DNA of 64,000 nt from Octopus sinensis (lineage: Eukaryota). Location of the stretch: positions 7,006,001 through 7,070,000 of the forward strand of contig NC_042999.1 of the NCBI RefSeq assembly GCF_006345805.1, written 5' to 3'. Made by a program: the position numbers and the translations under genes. Positions 1 through 12,585 of the stretch are shown in pieces. The notes beneath the pieces are model-generated. The model saw nothing but the letters and a program-made list of their open reading frames with translations, had not been told where the DNA came from and did no database searches. Position 1 is the stretch's first letter; every line of letters begins with the position of its first letter.

Positions 1-190
1 TAGCGGTATTTCGTCCGCCTTTACGTTATGAGTTCAAATTCCTCCTAAGTCGACCTTGCCTTTCATCCTTTGGGAATCGATAAATTAAGTACCAGTGAAA
101 CACTGTGGTCAATGTTATCGACTCATCCCTTCTACCAAATTCCAGGCCTTGTACCTATAATCGAAAGAATGATTATTAATATTATTATAA
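1..190 (+). mobile_element. SINE-A (tRNA-derived), cut by window edge, ATT-rich tail
   Basis: B box GAGTTCAAATTCC, core GTCGACCTTGCCTTTCATCCTTTGGGAATCGATAAATTAAGTACCAG shared with many copies in the window. Confidence 0.85.
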
Positions 191-419
191 TGGCCGCCAG
201 CCGGGCAAGCCAGACTTGCCCTTGGCTCTCTACCTTTTGTAAATGAATCGAGCATAAATCACGGAAAACTGCTGTATTCAGTTTTGAAATTTGTACCATA
301 CTCGAAAACGAGTTGTTTGGTTTTGATTGGTGAGTTTATTTTCGTACACCGTTCCCTATTTTGTGGGGGACATCTCGATCTGAATTTATTTCTGTAACGG
401 AATTTATATTTTTCCCTTT

Positions 420-981
420 ATGGAGAAAACATCAGACAATGCAGCAAAGCTTGTTTATGAGGGAAAGGGAGAGAGTGAGGAGCGTCAGCAGAATACATTG
501 AAAGAGGGTGAGGGGGAAGCACGTTATGTCGTTGCTTTGAAAACAGACGACAGCAAAAATTTCAAAAATAACCATTTTGAAGATAAACAGAAACTGAAAA
601 CTCTTAACAAAGAAAACAATGAAATCACCGCCATCAACACCAACAACAGAAACAAAGACAACAAATTTGAAGACGAACCAAATACGAAAAATTTTAACAA
701 TGAAAACAATGGAATCACCACCACCACCACCACCAACAACAACACCAGCACCACCAGCACCACCAGCACCACCAGCACCACTGCCACCGTTATAAAAATT
801 AAAAACAGCAACAGCAAATGACAAAAACAAACATTAACTACAGAAATAACAACACATCTTTTGCCAAAATTATTCAACAGACATGGGTGGGACTCTCGAC
901 TGCGATTTGGGGAAAGATTTCTGAAAATGTTTGGTGAAACCTTAAAACCTAACTCTGCCACAAGGCGTAAAACACGAGATC

Positions 982-985
<4 letters not shown>
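420..985 (+). other. Low-complexity N/T/K/E-rich reading frame, one in-frame stop at 819-821, continuing as LPKLFNRHGWDSRLRFGERFLKMF; function unknown
   Basis: ORFs 420-821 and 861-1070 are in the same frame; no homologue recognised. Confidence 0.25.
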
Positions 986-1026
<41 letters not shown>

Positions 1027-1049
1027 CACACACACACACACACACTGTG

Positions 1050-1500
1050 GCAGTTTCTGATCTTAACTGATTGGAAGTGTTATCATGTACATGTTTTTTG
1101 CCTTGGTGTAAAAGATGGGCTACAGCAAATATTCTGCACAATACTATAGATTTCCTTGTCAGTTACCTGATCAGTTAAGCATGTCACTTAGTGTTTGATG
1201 ATATTGGAATCTCTGATCACAAGCAAGAGTTGTGGGGGAATATCATAGCCATGCACTCCACCTCCCAATCCCGGTCGATTTGGAGTTAGTAAATCTCTTG
1301 TCCACCGAGAATAGGTGTGAAAGCTTGTGGACCAGACACTCTGATCTCTGATTTCACCGATGGCCACCCCTTCCAGATCTAATGATCTAAGATCGTTGTG
1401 GTAGTGGCCCTGCTTTCAATCTGAGCCCAGGTCACGTGCATTAGCACTGCAATTTCTGAGCATAATCGACAAGAGAGAAATTGGTGACTAAGAACCACTT
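1050..1500 (-). mobile_element. Degenerate L1/Tx1-type ORF2 start (APE endonuclease N-terminus) joined to a LINE-like 3' segment
   Basis: From ATG at 1463 (minus): MLRNCSANARDLGSD*KQGHYHNDLRSLDLEGVAIGEIR...PNRPGLGGGV, resembling the APE motifs xNxRGL, DxxAIxETR and GGGVA. Confidence 0.6.
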
Positions 1501-1741
1501 GCCTTACTTTGCCTGTCTTCTCTTTGGGGGACATGAAATAAGTACCAGTTGAGCCCCAGAGATCAATGTAATCGACTTAACTTTTGCTGGCTTGAATCAA
1601 AAATTTGAACGAATTATTCTTCTAATGCCACTCGTTCAGCAGACACTAATTGCACCTCTGTATTTCCTGTTTATATGCAGTGTTATGATTTTCTGTTTAT
1701 TCTATTGGGTATAGAATGTGCCCTCATCATATGTGTTAAGT

Positions 1742-2070
1742 GTGAAGGCGTGTGGATCAGCAATTGGAGTATTCAGCTCACAATCGTAAGGTCACGAGTT
1801 CAATTCTTGGAGGCACGTTGTGTCCCTTGAATAAGACACCTTATTTGACATTGCTTCAGTCCATTCAGCTGACAAAATTGAGTTGTATCTGTAGTTCAAA
1901 GGGGGAAACCTTGCCCCCCATTCTGTGCCATGTTGAATGCCCCTGGGGACTAGATTAAATATACAAGTAACTATATAGTGCTCAGCCATTTTCACGTTAA
2001 TTTCGCGAACTGGCTGTTCCGTTTATTGGATCAGCTAGAACGATCGTCGTCGAAACTGACGGAGTACCAG
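1742..2070 (+). mobile_element. SINE-C (tRNA head, CORE-like middle), degenerate
   Basis: Similar end to end to the copy at 54241-54567. Confidence 0.8.
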
Positions 2071-2089
2071 TTAGTTATATGTTCAGTGC

Positions 2090-2450
2090 CTTGTTATGTT
2101 ACTTCCTCTTGGCTGCATATATCCGTAAATTACGGGATTTCGCATATGTCTGTGTTTGCATTATTTTTAATAATGGCTAATATCACCCATTATTATTAAG
2201 GAGTGTCTTTCTGTCTTTTGTTCCGATATATTATCTCTATTTACAGATCCTGATATTTCGGTAGCGTCTCTATTTCTATTATTGATATATGGTCATCTGC
2301 TGGAATTGATACATCGATTAGGCAACATTTATTTTCCTGATGCTCATTGACAACAATATCCGCTAGATTTATCTTAATCTCCCTGTCTGGTATAATTTCC
2401 AATGTATCAAATATCTAATACTGTCATACCATTTCCTCCAAGACTGAGTA
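2090..2450 (-). mobile_element. Degenerate C-terminal restriction-like endonuclease (RLE) of an R4/HERO-type non-LTR retrotransposon
   Basis: Minus translation TDREIKINLADIVVNEHQENKCCLIDVSIPADDHISIIEIETLPKYQDL*IEI matches the RPD-IVV...LIDVSIP...KxxKY RLE motif. Confidence 0.75.
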
Positions 2451-2640
2451 GCCATAATCAATATGATTGATGGTTTCTTCACAATATTAACATATTTACA
2501 TTTTATATTCCGCTTCATTATTCGTTTTTGGTAGTTTCTTAGAGCAACAAAGGCGTTGGTATTTCGCTGCAATATATAAAAAAAAAGGTTCTTCATCTCA
2601 GCCACGAGCCTTTTACTTCTCCAGCCTCGATAAATCTTTA

Positions 2641-2865
2641 TACTCTCTTTACTCTTTACTCTTTTACTAGTTTCAGTCATTTGACTGCGGCCATGCTGGA
2701 GCACCGCCTTTTAGTCGAGCAAATCGACCCCGGGACTTATTCTTTGTAAGCCCAGTACTTATTCTATATGTCTCTTTTGCCGAACCGCTAAGTGACGGGG
2801 ACGTAAACACACCAGCATCGGTTGTCAAGCAATGCTAGGGGGACAAACATAGACACACAAACACA

Positions 2866-2955
<90 letters not shown>

Positions 2956-3123
2956 TACGACAGGCTTCTTTCAGTTTCTGTCTACCAAATCCACTCACAA
3001 GGCATTGGTCGGCTCGGGGCTATAGCAGAAGACACTTGCCCAAGATGCCACGCAGTGGGACTGAACCCGGAACCGTGTGGTTGGTAAGCAAGCTACTTAC
3101 CACACAGCCACTCCTGCGCCTAT
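2641..3123 (-). mobile_element. SINE-B, full length, internal (TA)n
   Basis: Head revcomp CCACTCCTGCGCCTAT; tail (CTCTTTTA)n; matches about 20 copies in the window. Confidence 0.92.
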
Positions 3124-3380
3124 CCTGTTAATTTGTTTCATTTATTGAACTTGTAGGGGTTCATTTGTTTGTTTTAGCTTCACAATCTGTAACCCCAAAT
3201 TTATTTTCTGTTTCAGACACTTTTATAGCTTTAGTTATTGCTTCTGCATTTAAAACTCTCCGTTCACACAACATGTTACGCACTTGTCTACTTCCCTTAA
3301 GACTAAACGCAGTATTTTGATTTATTCGTATTTTGTAGCCATTATTATTATTAGTTCCCCTTTTGTTATTTATCAACTAA

Positions 3381-3722
3381 CGCGGCGAGCTGGCAGAAAC
3401 GTTAGCACGCCGGGCGAAATGCGTAGCCGTATTTCGTCTGCCGTTACGTTCTGAGTTCAAATTCCGCCGAGGTCGACTTTGCCTTTCATCCTTTCGGGGT
3501 CGATAAATTAAGTACCAGTTACGCAGTGGGGCCGATGTAATCAAATTAATCCGTTTGTATGTCCTTGTTTGTCCTCTCTGTGTTTAGCCCCTTGTGGGTA
3601 GTAAAGAAATCGGTATTTCGTCTGCCGTTACGTTCTGAGTTCAAATTCCGCCGAGGTCGACTTTACCTTTCATACTTTCCGGGACGATGAATTAAGTACC
3701 AGTATAGTAGAAAGGATTATTT
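3381..3722 (+). mobile_element. SINE-A dimer
   Basis: Head GGCGAGCTGGCAGAAACGTTAG; second headless unit starts at 3611. Confidence 0.9.
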
Positions 3723-3752
3723 ACTAAAATATCCATGCAGTCCTGCACCAGG

Positions 3753-3963
3753 ACTTTTACTCGTTTCAGTCATTTGACTGCGGCCATGCTGTAGCACCGA
3801 CTTTAGTCGAATAAATCGACTCCAGGACTTATACTTTGTAAGCCTAGTACTTATTCTCTTCGTCTCTCTTTTGCCGAACCGCTAAGATACGGGGACGTAA
3901 ACACACCAATATCGGTTGTCAAACGATGGAAGGGGTACAAACACACACACAGACACACACACA

Positions 3964-4010
<47 letters not shown>

Positions 4011-4141
4011 CGGGCTTCTTTCAGATTCCGTCTACCAAATCCACTTACAAAGTTCTGGTCGGCCCGAGGTTATAGTAGAAGACACTTGCGCAAGGTGTCA
4101 CGCAGTGGGATTGAACCCGGAACCATGTGGTTGGGAAGCAA
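3753..4141 (-). mobile_element. SINE-B with internal (CA)n
   Basis: Family similarity. Confidence 0.9.
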
Positions 4142-4439
4142 ATAGTTTTCAAGCTGAATAAAATATCTACCTCCCTGACTTTGTGGCATAATCGTTCCGC
4201 GAAAAGAGTTCGATAGAATATTGTAAAAGAGATTATTGTTTCTGTTATGTCTGTCTAGTTTTACTCCTCCATTAAGTTTCCTGTTATTCTATTTTGGCAA
4301 ACTGGTTTCAAAAATGGAACCGCATTCATGCTACCAGACCACCATCAAAGAATTAGTCCGTCACAGTGAATTCCCCCAATACCTCTTGCAGTTTCATAAA
4401 ATTTTAACCCCTACTTAGTTTGTACTTCCATTAACTTAC

Positions 4440-4727
4440 AGAAAACAGGCTTTAAAAACGTGTTTGGCTGGGAACAGTTGGGAAGCAGGGCCACTAATTA
4501 AATGTCTCCAGGGTCCACCTATAAACGTAGCGGTCATCAGTAATACCAAGATTTCCTAGATGTACTTACCGGCCTTACTTACCTACAGAAAGGTTCACAC
4601 CGCCTTTGGTCGACCCAGGTCGAATTGGTGTGGCAGTGCAATTTTGGAAAGGCATTTATTTATCAGTCAGTACAATTCGGATGGTAACTCTGTAGTCCTG
4701 GGCATGAGCAGCAAGGAGTGAGTGAAT

Positions 4728-4763
<36 letters not shown>

Positions 4764-4789
4764 GAAAGAGAGAGAGGGGGGAGAGAGAG

Positions 4790-4821
<32 letters not shown>

Positions 4822-5140
4822 ATAATTTTAGACAAGTTACTCTTTATGTCCCAACGACAATAATTTCTTTAAACGTTTAAAAATATTCTTGAGAATGTGA
4901 TTTGCTCTTTAGTGTCAGTAAACTATCCTAAGAATTTTATTGTTACATACCATATTTGGTCATTACAACTTTAGCAACAACTGTCTTCAACAAGTGGTAG
5001 CAGACTGGAAGCATTCCCAATCTTATGAACCGTAGAGTGGTGGCGTTGTCGAGGAAGAATCTGATCAAAGAAGGGACAGTAAGCAACTTCAGACTGATAA
5101 AACTGCTAAGTACAGAGTTTTTGGTAACAATGTTCACAAA
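4440..5140 (+). mobile_element. Fragmented L1/Tx1-type ORF2 relic (APE start plus pre-RT piece)
   Basis: WKQGH*LN...NVAVISNTKIS at about 4480-4560 (same family as 1463); W*QTGSIPNLMNRRVVALSRKNLIKEGTVSNFRLIKLLSTE at about 4995-5120. Confidence 0.6.
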
Positions 5141-5824
5141 CAGAATGGTGCTGAAGGTCCCTTCTTGAGAGATAATCTCGTCAAAATATACATGGCATCC
5201 TTTCCGCGGCTAAACGAAATTTTTCGGAATCCATATACACAAAACAATAAATTCATTACTTATTTACCTTTCATCCATAATACTTTGTTGATGAAACTAT
5301 TATAAACCTGATGAGGACAATTATAATTACAGAAACAAGTTTTCATTTATATTTTGTCTCTGTGGGATGATCTTTCTAATAAATGGCAAGTAACAATTAC
5401 TATGGAATTTTCAATGACATGAAAGCAATTAGCTTTAAATAAATACAGAAAAGTGCAAACTAATTCCGAGTAAAGATCGAAACGATTTTGACAAACCGAT
5501 CATCATTATTTTTTGTCACCGACTTAAATATATTTCCAGGAAACGTCAGGATAAATTACTATAGTGACTAAGGAAGAAATGTTGGTGTAAACCAATACAT
5601 TTGATTAAAATTGACTAAACACAACTCTAGTAGAGTTAGTTTTCTTAAGTGAGAATTTTTGACTTAGTCAACGAGGTGAACTGGGGATGAATGACTAGTG
5701 TATACAGACTAGTTATTAGATAGTAATATGGCTATTGAGTTATACTGCTCCAAATATGTTCATCGAACGACTGCGTATCTCATCTACTAATGAACCATAA
5801 TATTTCTGGACTGGAAGATGCCAA

Positions 5825-5990
5825 TCAGCTGGAAGAATCGTGCAAATGCCGCCGAGGTCGACTTGGCTTTTCATACTTTCCGAGTGTCGATAAAATAAAC
5901 ACCAGTTGAACACTAGGATCGATGTAAAAAAAAACAAACTTACCCTCTCTCTCGAAATTACAGGCCTTGTGCCATGATTTGAAATCAATA
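5825..5990 (+). mobile_element. SINE-A, degenerate
   Basis: Core CCGAGGTCGACTTGGCTTTTCATACTTTCCG and AGGCCTTGTGCC tail. Confidence 0.75.
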
Positions 5991-6652
5991 TTTCTGGACA
6001 GGATACATTACATTCTACTGTTTAAGTTTATATAGATGTCGTTGTGCGTAATCCAGTCGTATTCTCTCCAGAAGAATATGATTTGTGACTGCCGTTCTGT
6101 GTTATGAAACTAAAGCTAAGCACCGGTTCTTGGTGGAACATCAGAACGTATAAAATATTGTAGCAAACCAGATCCATTAACATGCGGTTTGAAAACTATG
6201 TTGGTTTTATCATTTCTATTGAAGCAAGTTTTATTCAGATGAAAGGAATTACGGCATTGCCGTAAGTCATCAATATAAGCTGTTTTAAAATTTCTCGAAT
6301 TCTTTCAAGTTCAAATAAAGGCGTCAACGTATTGAAATGTGTCGTGTGTCTGAAAAGAAATATGTAGAACATATGTACCTGAAAACTCCCCTATTTGGAT
6401 CGTTGAATGCTTTATATTCTGGGATAAGGGGTAACGAACAAGAGACTAATCCTATAGCAGTTGAAACCCTGAAAGCCAGCTGGACTGAACCCTTAAAGTT
6501 AAGGATCAAATTATTTGGGATCAGCACAAGTGGTAATATTTGAAATTCATTCTTTCGAAGTTGATTTATAAAATAATCAACTTCATTTTAAATTTAAGGA
6601 CCAGTTGTAATACCTATATGACAATCTGTTTGTAGTTGGAAATAAGTTCAGC

Positions 6653-7043
6653 TTCAGGTGTGACTGTATGGTAAAAAGCTTCCGTCTCAACAACATGGTT
6701 CCGGTTTCAGTCCCACTGCGTCGCATCTGGGGCAATTGTCTTTCACCATAGGTTCGGGACGATCAAAGCCTTGTGAGTGGATTTGGTAGAGAGAAACTGA
6801 AAGAATCCCGTCGTATATGTGATCGTGCGTGTCTGTGTTTAACCCCACCACCACTACTTAACGGGTGTTGGCGTATTTCCGCCCCCGTAACTTAGCGGTT
6901 CAACAAAGGAGACCTATTGAATAAGTACTGGGCTTTAAAATAATAAGTACTGGGGTCGATTCTTTCGACTAAAATTCCCCAAAGCGGTGCTCCAACATGA
7001 CCGCAGTCCAATTACTGAAACAAATAAAAGATAAAGATAAAAC
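6653..7043 (+). mobile_element. SINE-B, diverged
   Basis: Family similarity head to tail. Confidence 0.85.
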
Positions 7044-8294
7044 AAGATGGATCCAGTTAAATTGATGCCAGCAGCTGTGTGTGTTGTTGGTCGTATTTCG
7101 ATCTTCCTTGGGAGGAATTTGATTCCATCTGAAAATAAGTTTCCAAAGAGACTATGAAATAATAAATCATATTTTCTAATAAGTGATTCTCAGTGAGATA
7201 ATAAGACAGATAGCGATTTGATGTGGAAGCCATTTTGTTGTGCCTTACCCCCATCTGTAACAGTGCTGTTAATAATATTTATTTGGAATGTTATTAATGA
7301 AAATCATTAATTGTTTTAGCAGTTGACACTGGCTTGTGCATCATAAGTGATTGAATGTTCATGCCAAATATAGCAGTCTAATTTGCAGTTATAATTAACT
7401 TTTTGGCAAAGGATCGGTTCTAAAATCATAAATATTATGCTTCTCAACTTAATTAAGAAATAATGGAACTGATCTTAGTAGTTTAAAGAACACTGATTTA
7501 TATCATTATACGAAGGAGAATGGCAATCGTTGTCATGTTAATTTAATAACTTTAGCTAAAATATCGATTTAGTTCTAATGAAACCCAACACCGGATTTCT
7601 TATTTTTTTTTTCTGAAATACAAAGCTAACTTTGAGAATGTTAAGAGAGAAGATCCGCACAAAATCTTGGGTTTCTTTACACGATACTCTCTAAATGCGA
7701 CTACGAAATATTTCAATGTCTCGCGTCAATTTCAAACAAGATTAAATTACGATAGAAGTAGTGAAAATGTATAATATGATGCTCATCTATGTAAATAAAA
7801 ATTACATAATTTGTATAATTCTTATAATTATCATTCCTTATTCGGCATTTAATTGATAAAGATGAAAGCGGTATTCCAAATACTTTTAAATGGAACAGTT
7901 ATATGTAATACTTTTTTCGCTGTATTATGTATATTTCATCTGATATATTTGTCATTGATCTTCTATAATAGCGACGTTATACCCCTTAATTCGCTGCTTT
8001 TGTATACGCACGCAGAGAAGATCTCTTGCGAAACACGTTATTTTAACGAGATACATCTTGTAATCACCTGAGGAAACACATCTACACCAGATATTCAGCA
8101 TTCCACCCGTGAGGGATCGATGCTAGACTGGTCGAAACAGTTGTAGTGATCAATAATCATCCTCATATCTTCCATCTTCCGTCTCTCTCATTATATATTT
8201 ATATATATACATACACACACACAAGGAAATGTCGAATAATGTGAATGAGTGCTCAACATTGCATTGGTGGATAAACATTCTTTATTCATGGGTA

Positions 8295-8475
8295 AGGCTA
8301 CCATTTGTTTCATGTTAAGGAAGTATACTTCAATTATCTAATCTGTCACATGGAACATCGATGTTCGTCTCTCTTTTGGTGTTTTTATCCAAAATGGTAA
8401 CGAACACTGATGTTGCATGTGATAGGCTAGATAAATGTTGAGGGCTTCCTCAACATGAAACCAATGGTAGCTTTA
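8295..8475. mobile_element. Small MITE-like inverted repeat
   Basis: GCTACCATTTGTTTCATGTTAAGGAAG and CTTCCTCAACATGAAACCAATGGTAGC; arms about 70 bp. Confidence 0.6.
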
Positions 8476-9061
8476 ATCCACACACACACACACATGCACG
8501 TTCACACACCCACACCCACCACACACATACATACGGAAGTTGAAAATTGACTGGGAATCTTTTAGATGCTGAACTTTTAAATGCTTAACCGGTTTCACGG
8601 ATTTTTCTGATTTTCAAAAGTTGTGATAGTAAAACGTGGGGGATATGCTGCAACTCTCTCTGAGCTCGAAAATTCTCTTGTGTTTATAGAGAGAACATGT
8701 CTCAAATTATTATCTGTTTAGGATGCGGTTAGATTGGCTGAGGATGATCACTTGATTAGGCTTAGAAATAGTTCCCCGCTATCAATGACACGTGACAACA
8801 TCTCTGGCGCCGGAAATTAAGACTGTTACCTTTCAATGAACGTGTCTTGTGAAAGTTCCAAACAACTAATGTTTATGATTTGTATGTACGTACGTAGGCA
8901 TAAAATTTTGTTCTCCACTAAATTCGTGCTTTAGCGCCAAACGAGAAAAGGTCACGATTGTCCCCAAAGTTTAGGATTTCGGCCGTGTAAATTCACCATA
9001 TCAAGGGGCAGAATGAGTTGTATGTATGTGAATAGTTGTTAGTAATAAGCTTTATGAAAGT

Positions 9062-9450
9062 TTATTACCTCCGACTTAGCGAAGACGGAGGTATTATTTT
9101 CAGTTGTGTTTGTTTGTTTGTTTGTTTGTCCGTGGACAAGATATCTCAAGAAACGCTGAGTGGATTTGGATAAAACTTTCATGGATATTCAGCCTCGAGA
9201 TTGGCTCGAACTGATTAGATTTTAGGATCGATCCGGTACCGGACAAGGATTTTGGATTATTTTTCCTGTTTTTTTTTTTTTTTACTTAATTTTTGAGAGC
9301 AGTTGGGTTCATTTTTAGTATTCTCGCTTGTGAGAGCAGTCGAGTTTTATTTCAGACATTCTCATTTTAAAAATCATCTCTGGCTAATCATTGAGAGGAT
9401 GTTGGTGTTGCCTTGGCGGATGTTTGCGCTCACTGAGTGTTCTTGTTTAG
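9062..9450 (+). mobile_element. Non-autonomous Helentron (HINE/DINE-1-like)
   Basis: 5' TTATTACCTCCG with inverted CGGAGGTA, (TTTG)n, 3' TTGGCGGA plus CTCACTGAG hairpin. Confidence 0.7.
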
Positions 9451-10750
9451 TCTCAGTTTCTATTTTTGCACGAGTATATTTTCTCTTTGCTTATACGTGC
9501 TTGATCTGTGGTATTAACTATACAACGGTAAAGTGGAAAGACTTGAAATTTGAGGGTGGGGACTGATATTTTTGCGCATGTGTCTATGTGCCCACTCAGT
9601 GGGTCTGTCTAGCACTGGTGTCTCGCATTTGTTGACGATGAATAGTTCAGTCTGTTTCTGAGAGTAAATTTTGTTTGACCTGTATAATCCTCCTTAACTC
9701 ATTTTTATTCAGTAACATATATTAGACTTTTTTGACGAACAGGTAAAATGAGTTTTTATGGTAAAAATCTATTCTGATTTAATTTTATGTTTTGTCTTCA
9801 ATGAAGTGGATGCAATTAGAGCGACCAGAATTTTTGACTGTTGACGTGGGATTTTAGGAGAGTAATTTAGGGCTGGTGAGCTTTTGATTATATTTGTGTA
9901 TTTCAAGTGCTTTTTCATCCGTCGGTCTTGTCTCAGTTGTGAGATATTCTGGAAGATAATGCTGCAAACCTCTGTGTTATTTTTTTTGGTTGTGTGCCGT
10001 AATTAAGGGTAGAGTATGGGTGAATCTGAAATGCCTTTTGTTTTTTCGTAGTTCTTGACTATTGCATTGGTAGTTCTATTCTGTTGTCTATTAACATTGA
10101 TGGATATTGTCTTTCAAGTAGTATTTGTTTTAACTCTTGGAGTCTTTTATTACGAGTTTGAAAATTGGAAACACTTGTGCAGATTCTTCTTGATAGATTA
10201 AATGGAATATTAGCCTTTATTAGTCTCGTGTTCAACATCCATAATAATTCTTTCCTTATCTGCTTCCTTAATTATAATGCCGCTATTGTTTCCGAGATCA
10301 TGTATAGTTTCTAATTCCTTTCAAATGGTATTTCGTGCTATTGATTTGAGGGTGTGGTAGTTCTTCGTATGCGAAGGTTGATATAAAACCACAAAATATA
10401 TCTAATGTTATATTGTTACTTTTCGTAGTCTTGTAACTCTTTTGTCTCTTACAAATGGTTCATCCCTGTATTCTTTATCAAATAATTCCTGTGTTAGGTG
10501 CAATTCTCTACAAAACTGTGAAATAGCGTTCTGTACTTCATCGGAGCTGCACTATTGTGGTGTTGGAGTAAATATCAGGCATTTGGAGAGAGTATTAACT
10601 TCTTGTATTTAGAGATGTTTCATGGATAAAAGACTCCCGGTGCATTTTGAGACTTCGTTTTTTTCTATATTTCTAACCGTGTGGAATAAAACAACTTTTG
10701 ATGAACGGTCACGTGAAACTCCGACTAACCGTTTGTTAAGATGTTTTCTG
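9451..10750 (-). mobile_element. Penelope-like element relic, RT core deleted, GIY-YIG retained
   Basis: Minus translation: LSKCLIFTPTP, IIIKEADK, NIPFNLSRRICT..RNKRLQELKQILLERQYP, and TIKTHFTCSS..DYTGQTKFTLRNRL. Confidence 0.8.
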
Positions 10751-10854
10751 CTTTCATAAAATCTTGCATTGCGCTACCTTTTGTATTCGAGTGCTATTTA
10801 TTGCATATTGTTTTGCAGCTCTGTACATAATTCCTCATCTCTTAAATATAGAAC

Positions 10855-10879
10855 CACACACACACACACACACACACAC

Positions 10880-10925
<46 letters not shown>

Positions 10926-11150
10926 AATGTGTACGTTTTTATGTGTGGATTCTGCATATTCATGTGTTTGTGCGTGTATGCGTATTTATCTGTGTAACTC
11001 TGTCTCTCTCTGTCTCTGTCTCTCTGGGTCTCTGTTTGTCTGTTTCTCTCTCTCTCTTTATATATATATATATTTATTTGTGTTTATATGTATATATATA
11101 TATATATATATGTGTGTGTATGTATACACACACACATATGTATATCTGTG
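10855..11150. repeat. Compound (CA)/(TA)/(TC) microsatellite
   Basis: Direct. Confidence 0.9.
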
Positions 11151-11694
11151 TAGCCATCTATATATTCCTAAAAGTTGAGACCAGCAACTCACTACCAAAA
11201 GTAATTATTTCTAACTCTGGTAAGTGGATACAAATTTGTAAAAGAGAGATACAGTGATTTGATTTACATTTCTATCGATACCTTGGTACTGATACTGTCA
11301 TAACTTTGAAAATATGGCAAAAACAAACAAACAAACAAAATAAAACGTGTAGCATCAACGTATATGCCTGTGCAAGAAAATGGAGAAGCAATACGAATTA
11401 TGGGAAGTTTCAACTTCGCTGTGAAAAGCAAAGCAATATTTATTCGTCTTTCTGATTCCGAAGTAATTTTCTTTATTTTGTATCTACAGTGGTTCCTCTT
11501 TACGGAATCTATAATTCATGATGTTTACCGCCACAGTGCACCAGCTCTGTTTCTAGCCTCGGTTAAGAACTTGAATATCAGGCATAACCTTCCATATGTC
11601 CAGCAACGGTCGACAGTGGACATATTTCTTTACACGTCGTCCAAGACTTCCTCCACTCACTACTTCCTCCGAGAGTATATGGAATACCCTGAAA

Positions 11695-12142
11695 GGCGGC
11701 GAGCTGGCAGAAGCGTTAGCGCGCCGGGCGAAATGCTTAGCGGTATTTCGTCTGCCGTTACGTTCTGAGTTCAAATTCCGCCGAGGTTGACTTTACCTTT
11801 CATCCTTTCGTGGTCGATAAATTAAGTACCAGTTACGCACTGGGATCGATGTAATCGATTTAATCCCTTTGTCTGTCCTTGTTTGTCCGCTCTGTGTTTA
11901 GCCCCTTGTGGGCAATAAAGAAATAAGAAACGTTAGCACGCCGGGCGAAATGCGTAGCCGTATTTCGTCTGACGTTACGTTCTGAGTTCAAATTCTACCG
12001 AGGTCGACTTTGCCTTTCATCCTTTCGGGGTGGATTAAATAAGTACCAGTTACGCACTGGGGTCGATATAATCGACTTAATCCGTTTGTCTGTCCTTGTT
12101 TGTTCCCTCTGTGTTTAGCCCCTTGTGGGTAGTAAAGAAATA
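11695..12142 (+). mobile_element. SINE-A dimer
   Basis: Two tandem units, each ending GCCCCTTGTGGG..AAAGAAATA. Confidence 0.92.
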
Positions 12143-12585
12143 TATATAGAAAACCCTGTCTTTTTCTTAGGAATAAAACCAAGTCACTTTTATCTTCATC
12201 TTTTCTAAGAGAAATACTTCATGGAAGAAAACACACTCATTTGTGATATCTGTCTTCATCACTTTTTCATTTTACCTCATTTGACACGTCTACAATTTCT
12301 GTCTACTTTAAAAAGTTCGATAATGAAGAAATGCTTTCTCGTGTTTTTTCGTTATTGGTGTTTTTTTGTTATTGTTATGTTAATTTGCTTTTCCCAAACA
12401 TCTTTGTTTTGTGGTTGACAAATTCTAACAGCCTCTCTGTTTTCTTGTTTAACTGGCTTCCGTATTTCCGTTCGTTAACTCTTAATTTCTTTCTGTAATT
12501 TCAAAATCTTACATGTGCAGGGTGTTTATTGACGGTTGCTACCTCTGTCGGTAGCAATTTCTCCTGCTATTATAGAGATGGATAT

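Noticed and set aside
4440-5140. Autonomous partner LINE for the ORF1-only elements
   Set aside because: Only heavily decayed ORF2 fragments are present; none is linked to either ORF1
5300-5345. CTGATGAG..GAAAC motif here and a similar one at about 8105-8145
   Set aside because: Stems do not pair; at most decayed Penelope relics
6239-6261. Plus-strand small exons with GTAAGT donors (also 50137-50173) and an acceptor at 11489
   Set aside because: Short, with no recognisable product, and expected by chance in AT-rich DNA
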